Shown here: in pieces, positions 1-7,819 of the stretch
How the letters are laid out: each line of letters begins with the position of its first letter
Position numbering within the stretch: the stretch's first letter is position 1
From: Candidatus Methylomirabilia bacterium
GTDB taxonomy: Bacteria > Methylomirabilota > Methylomirabilia > Rokubacteriales > CSP1-6
DNA length: 16,184 nt
Reading direction: 5' to 3'
Assembly: GCA_041492755.1 (NCBI GenBank)
Contig: JBGPXN010000096.1
Location: 1 to 16,184 of the forward strand
Program-made: the position numbers and the translations under genes
The notes under the pieces: generated by a model
Seen by the model: the letters and a program-made list of their open reading frames with translations, nothing else
The model's database searches: none
What the model was told of the DNA's origin: nothing

Positions 1-337
1 CGGCCTTGCCGTCGCCGGTGAAGTCGCCCACGAGGACTTCCTCGACGTCGGCGCCCCGGTTGCCGAAGTTCGCGACCCACCGCTCCACGCGGAAGGCGCT
101 GCCGGTGGAGACGCCCACGTACCAGTCCCCGGTCCGCTTGTCGTGGATCGCGACGTCGGCCTTGCCGTCGCCGGTGAAGTCGCCCACGAGGACTTCCTCG
201 ACGTCGGCGCCCCGGTTGCCGAAGTTCGCGACCCACCGCTCCACGCGGAAGGCGCTGCCCGTGGAGACGCCCACGTACCAGTCCCCGGTCCGCTTGTCGT
301 GGATCGCAACATCACCGCGGCCGGATCCGGTGAAGTC
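1..337 (-). repeat. 156-bp (52-aa) coding tandem repeat, FG-GAP/VCBS-like
   Basis: 1-151 and 157-307 are identical except one synonymous change (104 g vs 260 c, Thr codon). A diverged DFTGSGRGDV start of the array lies at about 308-337. DFTGDGKAD matches the DxxGDGxxD Ca-binding loop of FG-GAP repeats. Confidence 0.93.
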
Positions 338-1963
338 ATACCCGTCCGGGGCAACGCGACCTCCGCCCAAGCTGAAATTGCCCACCCAGGTCCCCCAGGC
401 AGTCGAGCTGACGACGTACTCGCCGAAGATCCAGATGCTCCCGTCAGCCGGGTCGACGGCGGCCCCGAGGTAGTCACCGTAACGGTTCCGCCCGACGCTG
501 TCGATCAAGTTCTGGTTTGCGCTCCCGGCCTTGAGGACTGCCGCCGGCTGCAACGTATTCCGCGCGTCGGTATTCAGCTGGGCCGTGTAGTACGCCGAGG
601 CAAATTCCGTCGCGCTGGACCGGGCCATTACCACGGCGAGGTTGTCGGACGTGTCGACCGCCACCGTCGGGTAGAAGTAGTGCACTCCGCTGGCTGTGAA
701 CGTGGCGTTCTGGGTGAAACTCGGCGTGTTCGGCCAGCCGGTCACATTGATCTGCATCCACCGCACGGCCGATACGGAACCTGAGGCGATGGCGTGGGCG
801 CTCCACAGAGAGCCGGTGCGATAGATGAGGTTCATCAGGCGCTTGTCGCCGGTGTCGAGCAGCGTACCCCCGCCGGCCTGAGTCGCGTCTGGCGGGACGG
901 TACAGCTCCCGCTGGCCGAGACGCTGCGCGACGTGAGCGAGGGCGACGACAGCGAGTTCGAGATCCCGAAGACGTTGATCGCGCAGGAAGTGGACGAGTT
1001 CGCTGAGCTGGCCAGGAAGAAGGTGCCAGGGCTCCCGAATGTGAGGGCCGGTTGAAGGGTGAAGGCTTGCCCCCCGGTCGTCGGATCGGTCACCCGCACG
1101 AAATCAGTGAAGCTCACCGCAGCGCCGGAGACCAGGGCACTCTTGTCCAGAATGCGGATCTTCGTGTACTGGAACGTGTCGGTGCTCATGCTGAACATGT
1201 TGGCTGTCAGCACGGCGGCGCTTCCGTCGACGCCGAGACCCGTGTAGTCCGCCCAGTTCGTCGTCGCCGTCGATCCGTCGAGAATTGTATCGAAGCTATA
1301 GAAGAACCAGCTTGAGGAGCCGGTCGTGGTCGGGTTTGAACTCTTGGAAACGGCCAAGAAGAAGTGCGCGATACACCGGTTCACACCGCTCGTCGTGCAA
1401 CTCGTATTCCGGACGCGAGCGACGGCGGCCACGAAGAACCGGCCGCTGCCGGTGTCGTACACGACCTTTGGGTCGAAGGGGCTCTCGGTGGACGTCAGGA
1501 TTGCCGAGAAGAAACTCGAGAGCGAGGCCGACGCCACGGTGGAACCGGACTTGCTCTTGATCGTGATCGACCCGTTCGTGACGAGTACGAGGCTGCTCTG
1601 ACCGGCGGCGAGGTTGGGGTCCGGTGGGAAGAACCCGGTATAGCTGATGCCGCTGAAACTCGTGACGAGCGATGGGGCCGCCGGCCCCGAATGTGTGAGC
1701 CCGCCGACGTCCTCTTGGACGACGCCGGGGGCCACCGAAATTAGCGCGGCAGCCTGCAATTTCGCCTGGGCGATGTCCTGGGCGTACCCGCGCGCCGGAG
1801 GCGCCGTCGGGATGGCGACACTCGCCCACGTCTCTGGAAGATCGGCGGCGGGGGCGACTGGGCTCGGTCCGGGCAATCCGACGGATTGACCTTCCACCCG
1901 CCCAGGAACCAGGGCGAGAGCCCAGAGCAGCCCGCCGACAATTCCGAGGCCGACTCGCGTCAT
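1..1963 (-). CDS. Secreted protein, partial (3' end beyond the left edge): signal peptide, uncharacterised probable beta-propeller domain, then C-terminal FG-GAP/VCBS-like repeats
   Basis: Not in the ORF track because it has no stop in the window. Manual translation from ATG 1963 is open to position 2 (654 codons): MTRVGLGIVGGLLWALALVPGRVEG (signal-like)...FPPDPNLAAG...FDPKVVYDTGSGRFF...WADYTGLG...RYGDYLGAAVDPADGSIWIFGEY...WGTW, then repeats of GDFTGDGKADVAIHDKRTGDWYVGVSTGSAFRVERWVANFGNRGADVEEVLV. Confidence 0.9.
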   Translation of the reverse strand, partial: MTRVGLGIVGGLLWALALVPGRVEGQSVGLPGPSPVAPAADLPETWASVAIPTAPPARGYAQDIAQAKLQAAALISVAPGVVQEDVGGLTHSGPAAPSLVTSFSGISYTGFFPPDPNLAAGQSSLVLVTNGSITIKSKSGSTVASASLSSFFSAILTSTESPFDPKVVYDTGSGRFFVAAVARVRNTSCTTSGVNRCIAHFFLAVSKSSNPTTTGSSSWFFYSFDTILDGSTATTNWADYTGLGVDGSAAVLTANMFSMSTDTFQYTKIRILDKSALVSGAAVSFTDFVRVTDPTTGGQAFTLQPALTFGSPGTFFLASSANSSTSCAINVFGISNSLSSPSLTSRSVSASGSCTVPPDATQAGGGTLLDTGDKRLMNLIYRTGSLWSAHAIASGSVSAVRWMQINVTGWPNTPSFTQNATFTASGVHYFYPTVAVDTSDNLAVVMARSSATEFASAYYTAQLNTDARNTLQPAAVLKAGSANQNLIDSVGRNRYGDYLGAAVDPADGSIWIFGEYVVSSTAWGTWVGNFSLGGGRVAPDGYDFTGSGRGDVAIHDKRTGDWYVGVSTGSAFRVERWVANFGNRGADVEEVLVGDFTGDGKADVAIHDKRTGDWYVGVSTGSAFRVERWVANFGNRGADVEEVLVGDFTGDGKA

Positions 1964-1975
1964 CAATAATTGCCC

Positions 1976-2230
1976 TTACTTCGTTTGCGGCGGTCGGGCC
2001 GGATCCCTCGGCTCGCTGGCTTTCTTTTTCTGCTCCTCGTAATCCGGAAGTCTTCCAATGGGAACCTCGATTGGCCCGTCGACGGCCCTGGGCGGCTCGC
2101 GGTGCTCAGGGCGCTCTCGTGCCGGCGGAACGGCACTCGGGCCCGGCAGCGCCCGCTCGGTAGCGGCATTGGAGCAGCCGACCAACAGTAGAAGTGAGGA
2201 GCACAGCGCGCGACTCCCGATGGTCGGCAT
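1976..2230 (-). CDS. Small Pro-rich putative lipoprotein (84 aa)
   Basis: MPTIGSRALCSSLLLLVGC has a hydrophobic run and an LVGC lipobox. Its stop lies 12 bp before the ATG of the secreted protein. An alternative in-frame TTG at 2329 follows GGAGGAGG, so the start is uncertain. Confidence 0.65.
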   Translation of the reverse strand: MPTIGSRALCSSLLLLVGCSNAATERALPGPSAVPPARERPEHREPPRAVDGPIEVPIGRLPDYEEQKKKASEPRDPARPPQTK

Positions 2231-2435
2231 GCCGCGTCTGGCACGTTGTGATCGCAGACGAAGAAGACTGACAATGGCGAGCCGAGGCTCGAAGGGCAGG
2301 AAGGAAGCCAGTCGCCATCGATTTGACAATGGGGCCTCCTCCCAGGAGCATGGCCGTTGCGGCGCGGTCGCCGGACAGCCGCCATTCACCACTTCGATAC
2401 GCAAGAGTCAGCGGCGAGCGCGTCGACGGCGGCGA

Positions 2436-2465
2436 AGTATGTCGGCACGATTCCGCCGCTGTCAA
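2436..2465 (-). promoter_or_regulatory. Candidate sigma70 promoter for the lipoprotein/secreted-protein unit
   Basis: Minus strand reads TTGACA-18 nt-CATACT. Confidence 0.45.
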
Positions 2466-2550
2466 GCCGCAAGCGTTCGGGTGCAAGCGTTCGGGCCGCG
2501 CGTCAGGGAAAACCCCAGCACGAGGCCGCTATCGGGCCCGATGGACCACC

Positions 2551-2600
2551 CGGGCCGCCCGCTTCGGCAACCGCGACGACATCGTCAAGAGATCTTCGTT
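2551..2600 (+). pseudogene. Degenerate fragment resembling the FG-GAP repeat unit
   Basis: RAARFGNRDDIV/(frameshift)EIFV versus the repeat WVANFGNRGADVEEVLV. Hand alignment gives 35/51 nt matches, including an exact TTCGGCAACCG. Confidence 0.4.
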
Positions 2601-2719
2601 GAGTCGTGGCGCGTCGCTATCTTGACGTGGTGACAGAGCGGTAGACGGCGAGGGTTTGGCTGGCGCAGCGGTCCCAAGAGAATTGTGCTGCGCGAGCCAA
2701 GCCGCGACGTGAGAGATCC

Positions 2720-2809
2720 GCGGTTGACGTCCTGGTGGAGTTCGATCCCGCCCGCAAGACCTTTGACAACGTTCTCGCACTGTCCGAGTTGCTCGAGGAC
2801 GCCCTGGTT
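2720..2809 (+). pseudogene. Minimal nucleotidyltransferase (MNT, HEPN-MNT antitoxin type) internal fragment
   Basis: AVDVLVEFDPARKTFDNVLALSELLEDAL matches the MNT core D-V-D-L-L-V-E-F...F..L...LE. The GS motif and first catalytic Asp are missing, and the frame stops at 2816-2818. Confidence 0.7.
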
Positions 2810-2945
2810 CCTCGGTGATGAGGTCCTGATCGGCCAAACGGTGATCGAGAAACTCGATCTGTTCGCCGACTGTCAGCGCCAGCGGCTCGTTCCGAATCCC
2901 GCGCACCCGGATCGGGCCGTCACCAAGGTCAAACAAGCGCGGTGA
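2795..2945 (+). pseudogene. C-terminal fragment of a clan AA aspartic protease (AF_0612-like)
   Basis: EDALV(+1)LGDEVLIGQTVIEKLDLFADCQRQRLVPNPAHPDRAVTKVK resembles the ..LIG..LE.LDL..D....L.PNP tail of retropepsin-like proteins. The catalytic DTG half is absent. Confidence 0.65.
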
Positions 2946-2969
2946 CGCCGAAGGCAGCCCGTCTCGAGG

Positions 2970-3074
2970 CTACTCGTCGCGCCGAAGTTCATCCGGCGCG
3001 CGTTCGAGCACGATGCGGCCCTTGCTCATGACGTAGACGTGATCGTCGACGCGGAGGGCGAAGGCGAGGTTCTG
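2970..3074 (-). pseudogene. C-terminal fragment of a LivF-like branched-chain amino acid ABC transporter ATPase
   Basis: QNLAFALRVDDHVYVMSKGRIVLERAPDELRRDE* resembles the (E)QN...AL..AD..YV...G.IV tail of LivF. Walker motifs are absent. Confidence 0.7.
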
Positions 3075-3186
3075 TATAGCAGGCCAGCGTGGCGAACCGG
3101 AAGGGCACGACAACGAACGGAGGGTGGAAGGGCCGGGGCGGTGTCGGGGCGCCTGCGCGGTGGCCGAACGGGTATCGGTGTCCTCG

Positions 3187-3234
3187 GTGCTCCGGGATCT
3201 GCCCGACGACGGTCTCCAGGCCGGGGATGTCGGC
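3187..3234 (+). pseudogene. DUF4926-like fragment
   Basis: VLRDLPDDGLQAGDVG resembles the DUF4926 motif L..DLPE.GL.AGDVG. Similarity ends just before the SNF2 stop codon. Confidence 0.5.
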
Positions 3235-3245
3235 CCGGCGGGTGT

Positions 3246-5714
3246 TCAGGGCCTGAGGCGTTCCAGGAACGTCTGCAACGCTTGCGTGACACGGTCTACG
3301 ACCTCGGGTTCTGGCATCCGGATCTTGAGGTAACTCTGGCCCGAGCCCTCGTCACGGATTCGCTCGAACAATCGCGCCGGCGTCGCGCCGGTCGGCGCCT
3401 GGCCGGCCCCCGCTGCCGCCGCGAACTGCGTGAGTAGATCGAGACCCGTCCGGAGCAGACTGCCCAGCGGGTCGGCCGCGGGGCGGAGCGAGGCGGGAGC
3501 CGCCGCCACGTCGCTGTCGCCATCGCCGCTGTCCTCGGTGGCGGGTGGCTCGGCCGTGACGGGCTCGGCAGCCTCCTCCACGATCGGAGCCTGAATGCCG
3601 GCCGTGACGTTCTCGACGCTCTCCATGAAGCGCGTGAGTCGGCTGCCACCGAGAAACACCTCGCGCTCGCCGCCGTCGAGAACGCCGGCGAAGAGCGAGC
3701 GCTTGAATCCCAGGACCGAGAGCATCCCCTCCTCGATCGTGCCCTTGGCCACGAAGCTCACGACCTGCACGGGCCGCGTCTGGCCGAGGCGATGAACACG
3801 GCCGATCCGCTGCTCCAGGACGGCGGGATTCCAGGGCAGGTCGACGTTCACCACGACCGACGCGTGCTGGAGGTTGAGGCCGACGCCCCCGGCGTCCGTC
3901 GAGAGAAACGCGCGGCAGCCGGGGTCTTCGCGGAACCGGTCGATCAGGTCCTTGCGCCGGGCGGTCTCGACGCCCCCGTGGAAGAGCACATGGCTCCATG
4001 GCCGTCCCTCCAGCCGGCGGACGAGGACCTCGTGCATTCGCCGCCACTGGCTGAAGATGACCGCCTTGGTGTCCGCGCGCTCGAAGATCTCGTCCAGCAG
4101 CGTCGCCACCTCGTCGGCCTTGACGCCGTGGTCGGTCTGCTGGTCGAGCAGGTAGGTGCTGTCGCAGGCCATCCGCATGTTCTGGAGGGCGATCAGGAGC
4201 CGCCGCTGGTCCGCCTCGGCGAGGAACCGGAATCGACGCCACTTCGCCACGAGCTTGCCCACGATCTCCCGGTTCTCGTCATGGTGCGCCATCTGCTGGG
4301 GCGTCATCGGGACGAAGAACCGCTTCTCCAGGCGCTCGGGGAGCTGGCGGAGCACGTCCGCCTTGCGCCGGCGGATGAGCACCGGCGCCAGGGTCTGGCC
4401 GATGCGGTCGAGGTTGCGGTAGCCCACGACCTTGCCGAACTCGTCGAGGATCTGGTGATCGTGGAGGAAGCGGAACGTGGGTCCGATCCGGTGCGGGTCG
4501 ACGAACTGAACGAGGGACACCAGCTCCTCCAGCCGGTTTTCCAGCGGGGTGCCGGTCAGCACGACGGCATAGGGTGAGGCGATCTTTTTCACACTGCGGG
4601 CCGTGCGCGTGTTCCAGTTCTTGATGCGCTGCGCCTCGTCGAGGATCACGAGGTCCGGCGACCAGGCCGCGATCAGGTCGAGGTCCCGGTACACCGTGTC
4701 GTAGTTGGTGATCTTGTAGAAGGTCTCCGCCCGGAATCCCTCTTCTCGGCTTCGGCGGAAGCCGCCGATGACGCGGGCCGGCCGGTCGATGGCCCGCGCG
4801 ATCTCCCGCTCCCACTGGTGCTTGAGGGAGGTCGGACACACGACGAGCACGCGCTCCACGCCGAGGTGGCGGGCCATGATCTCGACGGCGGCGATCGCCT
4901 CCATCGTCTTCCCCAGCCCCATGTCGTCGCCGACGAGGCAGCGACCGGCGCGGCTGGCGAAGAGCGCAGCCTCACGCTGATAGTCGTAGAGCGGGATGCG
5001 AAGGAGGTTCTTGAAGGCAGCGCTCCGGATGCCGCGCGGAAACGCCTCGGCGAGCGCCTTCTCCCGGCGCTCGGCGTCGCGCACCTGGGCGACGAAGCCC
5101 AGGGCGTCCTCGTAGCAGCGCAGATCGGGATCGAGGCGCGCCGCCGTCGAGAGGAACGTCTCGAAGTGCGCGAACGCCTCCGCGCGCAGCGTCCCATCGC
5201 CGTCGAAGGAGCGGGCGGCCAGACGGGTCAGCTCGACCGGCGGGTCAGCGCGAAGCCGGAATCGCACCTGACGCTGGGCCCCGTAGTGCAGATAGACCTC
5301 GCTGAAGGACGGCTCGAAGCCTCGGCCGAGCGCCTGGCGGTTCGCGCGGGTCCGCCCGAGCCGTGCCAGCGTGAACTCGAGGTGCTTGCATGTTCCGAGC
5401 GTGTTCGTCGCGAAGTCCGGGCACGAACAGAAATTGTTTCCAGGCTCGCGGCCACGGATCACGACCCGGTAGGTGTTGAGGCTCTGGGGGTTGGTGACCT
5501 CGAACTCGGAGAAGACGGGATGGCCACCGGTGTTCTTCAGGACGAACCGCTGCTCGCGGCCGAACTGGCGGCGCAGTGTCGTTTGCCACGCCTCCAGCGG
5601 CATCCCCTCCGGCCGGTGGAGACGCGACAGCTTCTTGGGCCCGACGGTCAGTCTCGCGCCCGCGGCGGGCGGTTGCCGTCGTTGGATCCGGTTGCGGGGC
5701 TCGATCTTTCCCAT
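3246..5714 (-). CDS. SWIM zinc-finger SNF2-family helicase/ATPase (822 aa)
   Basis: CSCPDF...CKH (SWIM), DDMGLGKT (motif I), DEAQ (II), LTGTP (III), STDAGGVGLNLQ (V), QRIGRVHRLGQ (VI). Confidence 0.95.
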   Translation of the reverse strand: MGKIEPRNRIQRRQPPAAGARLTVGPKKLSRLHRPEGMPLEAWQTTLRRQFGREQRFVLKNTGGHPVFSEFEVTNPQSLNTYRVVIRGREPGNNFCSCPDFATNTLGTCKHLEFTLARLGRTRANRQALGRGFEPSFSEVYLHYGAQRQVRFRLRADPPVELTRLAARSFDGDGTLRAEAFAHFETFLSTAARLDPDLRCYEDALGFVAQVRDAERREKALAEAFPRGIRSAAFKNLLRIPLYDYQREAALFASRAGRCLVGDDMGLGKTMEAIAAVEIMARHLGVERVLVVCPTSLKHQWEREIARAIDRPARVIGGFRRSREEGFRAETFYKITNYDTVYRDLDLIAAWSPDLVILDEAQRIKNWNTRTARSVKKIASPYAVVLTGTPLENRLEELVSLVQFVDPHRIGPTFRFLHDHQILDEFGKVVGYRNLDRIGQTLAPVLIRRRKADVLRQLPERLEKRFFVPMTPQQMAHHDENREIVGKLVAKWRRFRFLAEADQRRLLIALQNMRMACDSTYLLDQQTDHGVKADEVATLLDEIFERADTKAVIFSQWRRMHEVLVRRLEGRPWSHVLFHGGVETARRKDLIDRFREDPGCRAFLSTDAGGVGLNLQHASVVVNVDLPWNPAVLEQRIGRVHRLGQTRPVQVVSFVAKGTIEEGMLSVLGFKRSLFAGVLDGGEREVFLGGSRLTRFMESVENVTAGIQAPIVEEAAEPVTAEPPATEDSGDGDSDVAAAPASLRPAADPLGSLLRTGLDLLTQFAAAAGAGQAPTGATPARLFERIRDEGSGQSYLKIRMPEPEVVDRVTQALQTFLERLRP

Positions 5715-5915
5715 GCTGGAAACGCACCGTCGGCGCCTTGCGTCGGCGCCCGCATCCTAGCGGCAAACGGCGTTGGTCTGCAACGCGCTCGCGACTCTCC
5801 AAGCCTCGAGCTCGCACGCCCGGGACCGACGGCCGGACGCCGGCCTCCCGCCAGCGCTGTCCGAGGGGCCTGTTTCGATTCCTCACGAGGCGCCTTCGTC
5901 AATGTAGGATGGGCC

Positions 5916-6125
5916 ATGGCGCAGACGTTGGGCGAAGTCGTGCGCGAGCTACGGGAGGCCAAGAACTTCACTCAGGCGCAGCTAGCAGAACGCGCCAATA
6001 TCGCCGTGAGCTATGTCGTGGTGCTGGAGGCTGGACGGGCAGGCAGGACGACGTCCAGCATTCTTGTTCGCTTGGCCAAGGCCCTGGGCGTTCCCGTGAA
6101 GCGTCTGGCGGACGCGGAGATGTAG
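5916..6125 (+). CDS. XRE/Cro-C1 helix-turn-helix transcriptional regulator (69 aa)
   Basis: LGEVVRELREAKNFTQAQLAERANIAVSYVVVLEAG...LVRLAKALGVPV is a typical HTH_3 pattern. ATG is at 5916. Confidence 0.92.
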   Translation: MAQTLGEVVRELREAKNFTQAQLAERANIAVSYVVVLEAGRAGRTTSSILVRLAKALGVPVKRLADAEM

Positions 6126-6212
6126 CCGACCTGGTGACCACCGCGCCTGAGACCCCAACGCCCCGGCGCTACCACCGCGGCCTGCTCGGCGGTCCCGCCC
6201 GGCGTTCCCCGT

Positions 6213-6557
6213 CTACGGCCCCGAGCGCAGGCCTCCGATATCAAGCAGCACCTCCTGCCCGCTGATGAGCACGACGCTCGGGTCCACGATCAGTCGCGCC
6301 TCGTCGGCGCGAAGCTCTCGGCCCACCGGCGATCGGTAGGCCGCGCGCCACGCCTCCTCGCTGTCGAAGGCGAGGATGGCACCCCGGTGGCGCTCCGCAC
6401 GGATCGTCGGCGTGGTGGCGAGCGTGCCGATCGTGTAGGCCCGGAGCCCGGGAAGCTGCTGCGCGAGTGGAACGTGATGGTCGAGGTAATAGCGTTCGGC
6501 CTCGGCCGGTGTCCGGCCGGGCAGGGCCAGATTGAACGTGCCGATCATGTAGAACAT
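6213..6557 (-). CDS. EthD-family protein (114 aa)
   Basis: ERYYLDHHVPLAQQLPGLRAY...FDSEEAWRAAYRSPVG...AD. AGGAG RBS lies before ATG 6557; the ORF-track N-terminal extension is spurious. Confidence 0.88.
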   Translation of the reverse strand: MFYMIGTFNLALPGRTPAEAERYYLDHHVPLAQQLPGLRAYTIGTLATTPTIRAERHRGAILAFDSEEAWRAAYRSPVGRELRADEARLIVDPSVVLISGQEVLLDIGGLRSGP

Positions 6558-6595
6558 GGTGCTCCTCTGTCGATCGTCTGGATGTGCCCCCGGCT

Positions 6596-7588
6596 TCACG
6601 GCGCGCACGCGCGGATCACCGCGAGCGCGGTGGCCTTCGCGTTCGGCCCGGTGGCGCGCGGGCTCACGATCGGCAGCCGCAGCCCCGCGCGGCGATACGC
6701 CTCGATGCGGTCGCGACACTGTTGGGGATTGCCGGCGAGCGCCACGGCATCGACGAGCGTATCGGGCACGGCCTTCGCGGCGGCTTCGCGCCCGCCCCGG
6801 TCGAACGCCTCCTTGATGGCGCTCACCTCGCCCGCAAAGCCCGCTTCGGCCAGCAGGCGGTTGTAGCGTGGAAAGAATCCTGCGTAGAACCCGACCGCCG
6901 GACGCAGGCCCTCGAGCGCCTCCTCCCGGCTCGGCGCGACGGCGCACGGCAGGAGCGACGCCACCTCGACGGTGGCCGGATCGCGCCCCGCCTTTCCCGC
7001 TCCGATCGCGACGTGCTCGACGGCGCGACCCACGGCCTCGGTCGTCGGCCACGTCAGCAGCACGCCGTCGCCGATCTCACCGGCGATCTCGAGCATCGTC
7101 TCAAACAGCGCCGACAGGTAGATCGGAATCTCGGGCCGGAGTGGCGAGAACCAGAGCTCGAAGCGCTCGACCTTGATCGCGTCGCCCTGATGCATCACCA
7201 CGCCGTCGCGCACCAGCGCGCGGACGATGTCGACGGTTTCGCGCAGGCGTCGCGTCGGCTGCACGAACGGGATGCCGTGCTCGGGCTCGACCTGGACGCG
7301 GTGACTCGACCCGAGCCCGAGGATGAAGCGGCCATTGGAGAGCTGATCGACGGTCGCCGCGGCCATCGCGATCGTCGGCGCGCTGCGCACGAACACGCTC
7401 GAGATGCTGGTGCCGAGGCGGATCTTGCCCGTGGCGACGGCGCAGGCCGCGAGGATCGCGAACTGGTCGCCGCCGTGCCCTTCGGCGACCCACGCCGAGT
7501 CGTAGCCGAGCGCCTCCGCGAGCTTCACGCACTCCACGATCTCCGCCGGCGGCAACCCGCCGCTGAACGCCACGCCGATCCGCCCCAT
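6596..7588 (-). CDS. LLM-class (luciferase-like) flavin/F420-dependent oxidoreductase (330 aa)
   Basis: AEALGYDSAWVAE, IRLGTSI, DQLSNGRFILGLGSS, IPIYLSAL...LEIAGEIGDGV. GGAGGAGG RBS lies before ATG 7588, with TATAAC just upstream. Confidence 0.93.
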   Translation of the reverse strand: MGRIGVAFSGGLPPAEIVECVKLAEALGYDSAWVAEGHGGDQFAILAACAVATGKIRLGTSISSVFVRSAPTIAMAAATVDQLSNGRFILGLGSSHRVQVEPEHGIPFVQPTRRLRETVDIVRALVRDGVVMHQGDAIKVERFELWFSPLRPEIPIYLSALFETMLEIAGEIGDGVLLTWPTTEAVGRAVEHVAIGAGKAGRDPATVEVASLLPCAVAPSREEALEGLRPAVGFYAGFFPRYNRLLAEAGFAGEVSAIKEAFDRGGREAAAKAVPDTLVDAVALAGNPQQCRDRIEAYRRAGLRLPIVSPRATGPNAKATALAVIRACAP

Positions 7589-7768
7589 GTGCCCTCCTCC
7601 GCCTGCGTTATACCCTACCGGCCCGAAGACAGCCGTCGAGCACCTGACCCGCCTCCCGGAAGATATGTCACCGCCACCCGGACAAAAACTGCACGGTGCG
7701 ACGCGACCCGCCGCCATGAGCGAGGCTAACATAGCGTAAAGTTTGACCGATGCCCTGATCCATCCGCG

Positions 7769-7784
7769 TGGCACGTGCGATGCA
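7769..7784 (+). promoter_or_regulatory. Sigma54 (-24/-12) promoter candidate
   Basis: TGGCACG-TGCG-ATGCA versus consensus TGGCACG-N4-TTGCW: one mismatch and the exact GG-N10-GC spacing, 35 bp upstream of ATG 7820. Confidence 0.6.
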
Positions 7785-7819
7785 TATCCGATGCAAGGGA
7801 CGTGATCTGGAGGGGCGCA

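Noticed and set aside
1..473. Plus-strand repeat ORFs (6..473, 143..784), and the 156-bp repeat as a CRISPR array or DGR template/variable pair
   Set aside because: The ORFs are antisense shadows of the minus-strand gene. The repeats have no spacers, the single mismatch is a synonymous G/C change rather than adenine-specific, and no reverse transcriptase or cas gene is present.
2239..2256. TGGCACG sigma54-like motif
   Set aside because: GG-to-GC spacing is 12 rather than 10, and it points away from the adjacent gene.
2469..2495. 13-bp direct repeat GCAAGCGTTCGGG x2
   Set aside because: It is real but has only two copies and no element between them. It is most simply a local duplication, though an operator beside the -35 box cannot be excluded.
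4818..5915. 435-aa ORF suggesting a long N-terminal extension on the XRE regulator
   Set aside because: The extension is antisense to the SNF2 gene; only 5916-6125 is protein-like.
7724..7741. GGCTAAC as a possible attC R'' box
   Set aside because: No complementary arm or GTTRRRY at a suitable distance.
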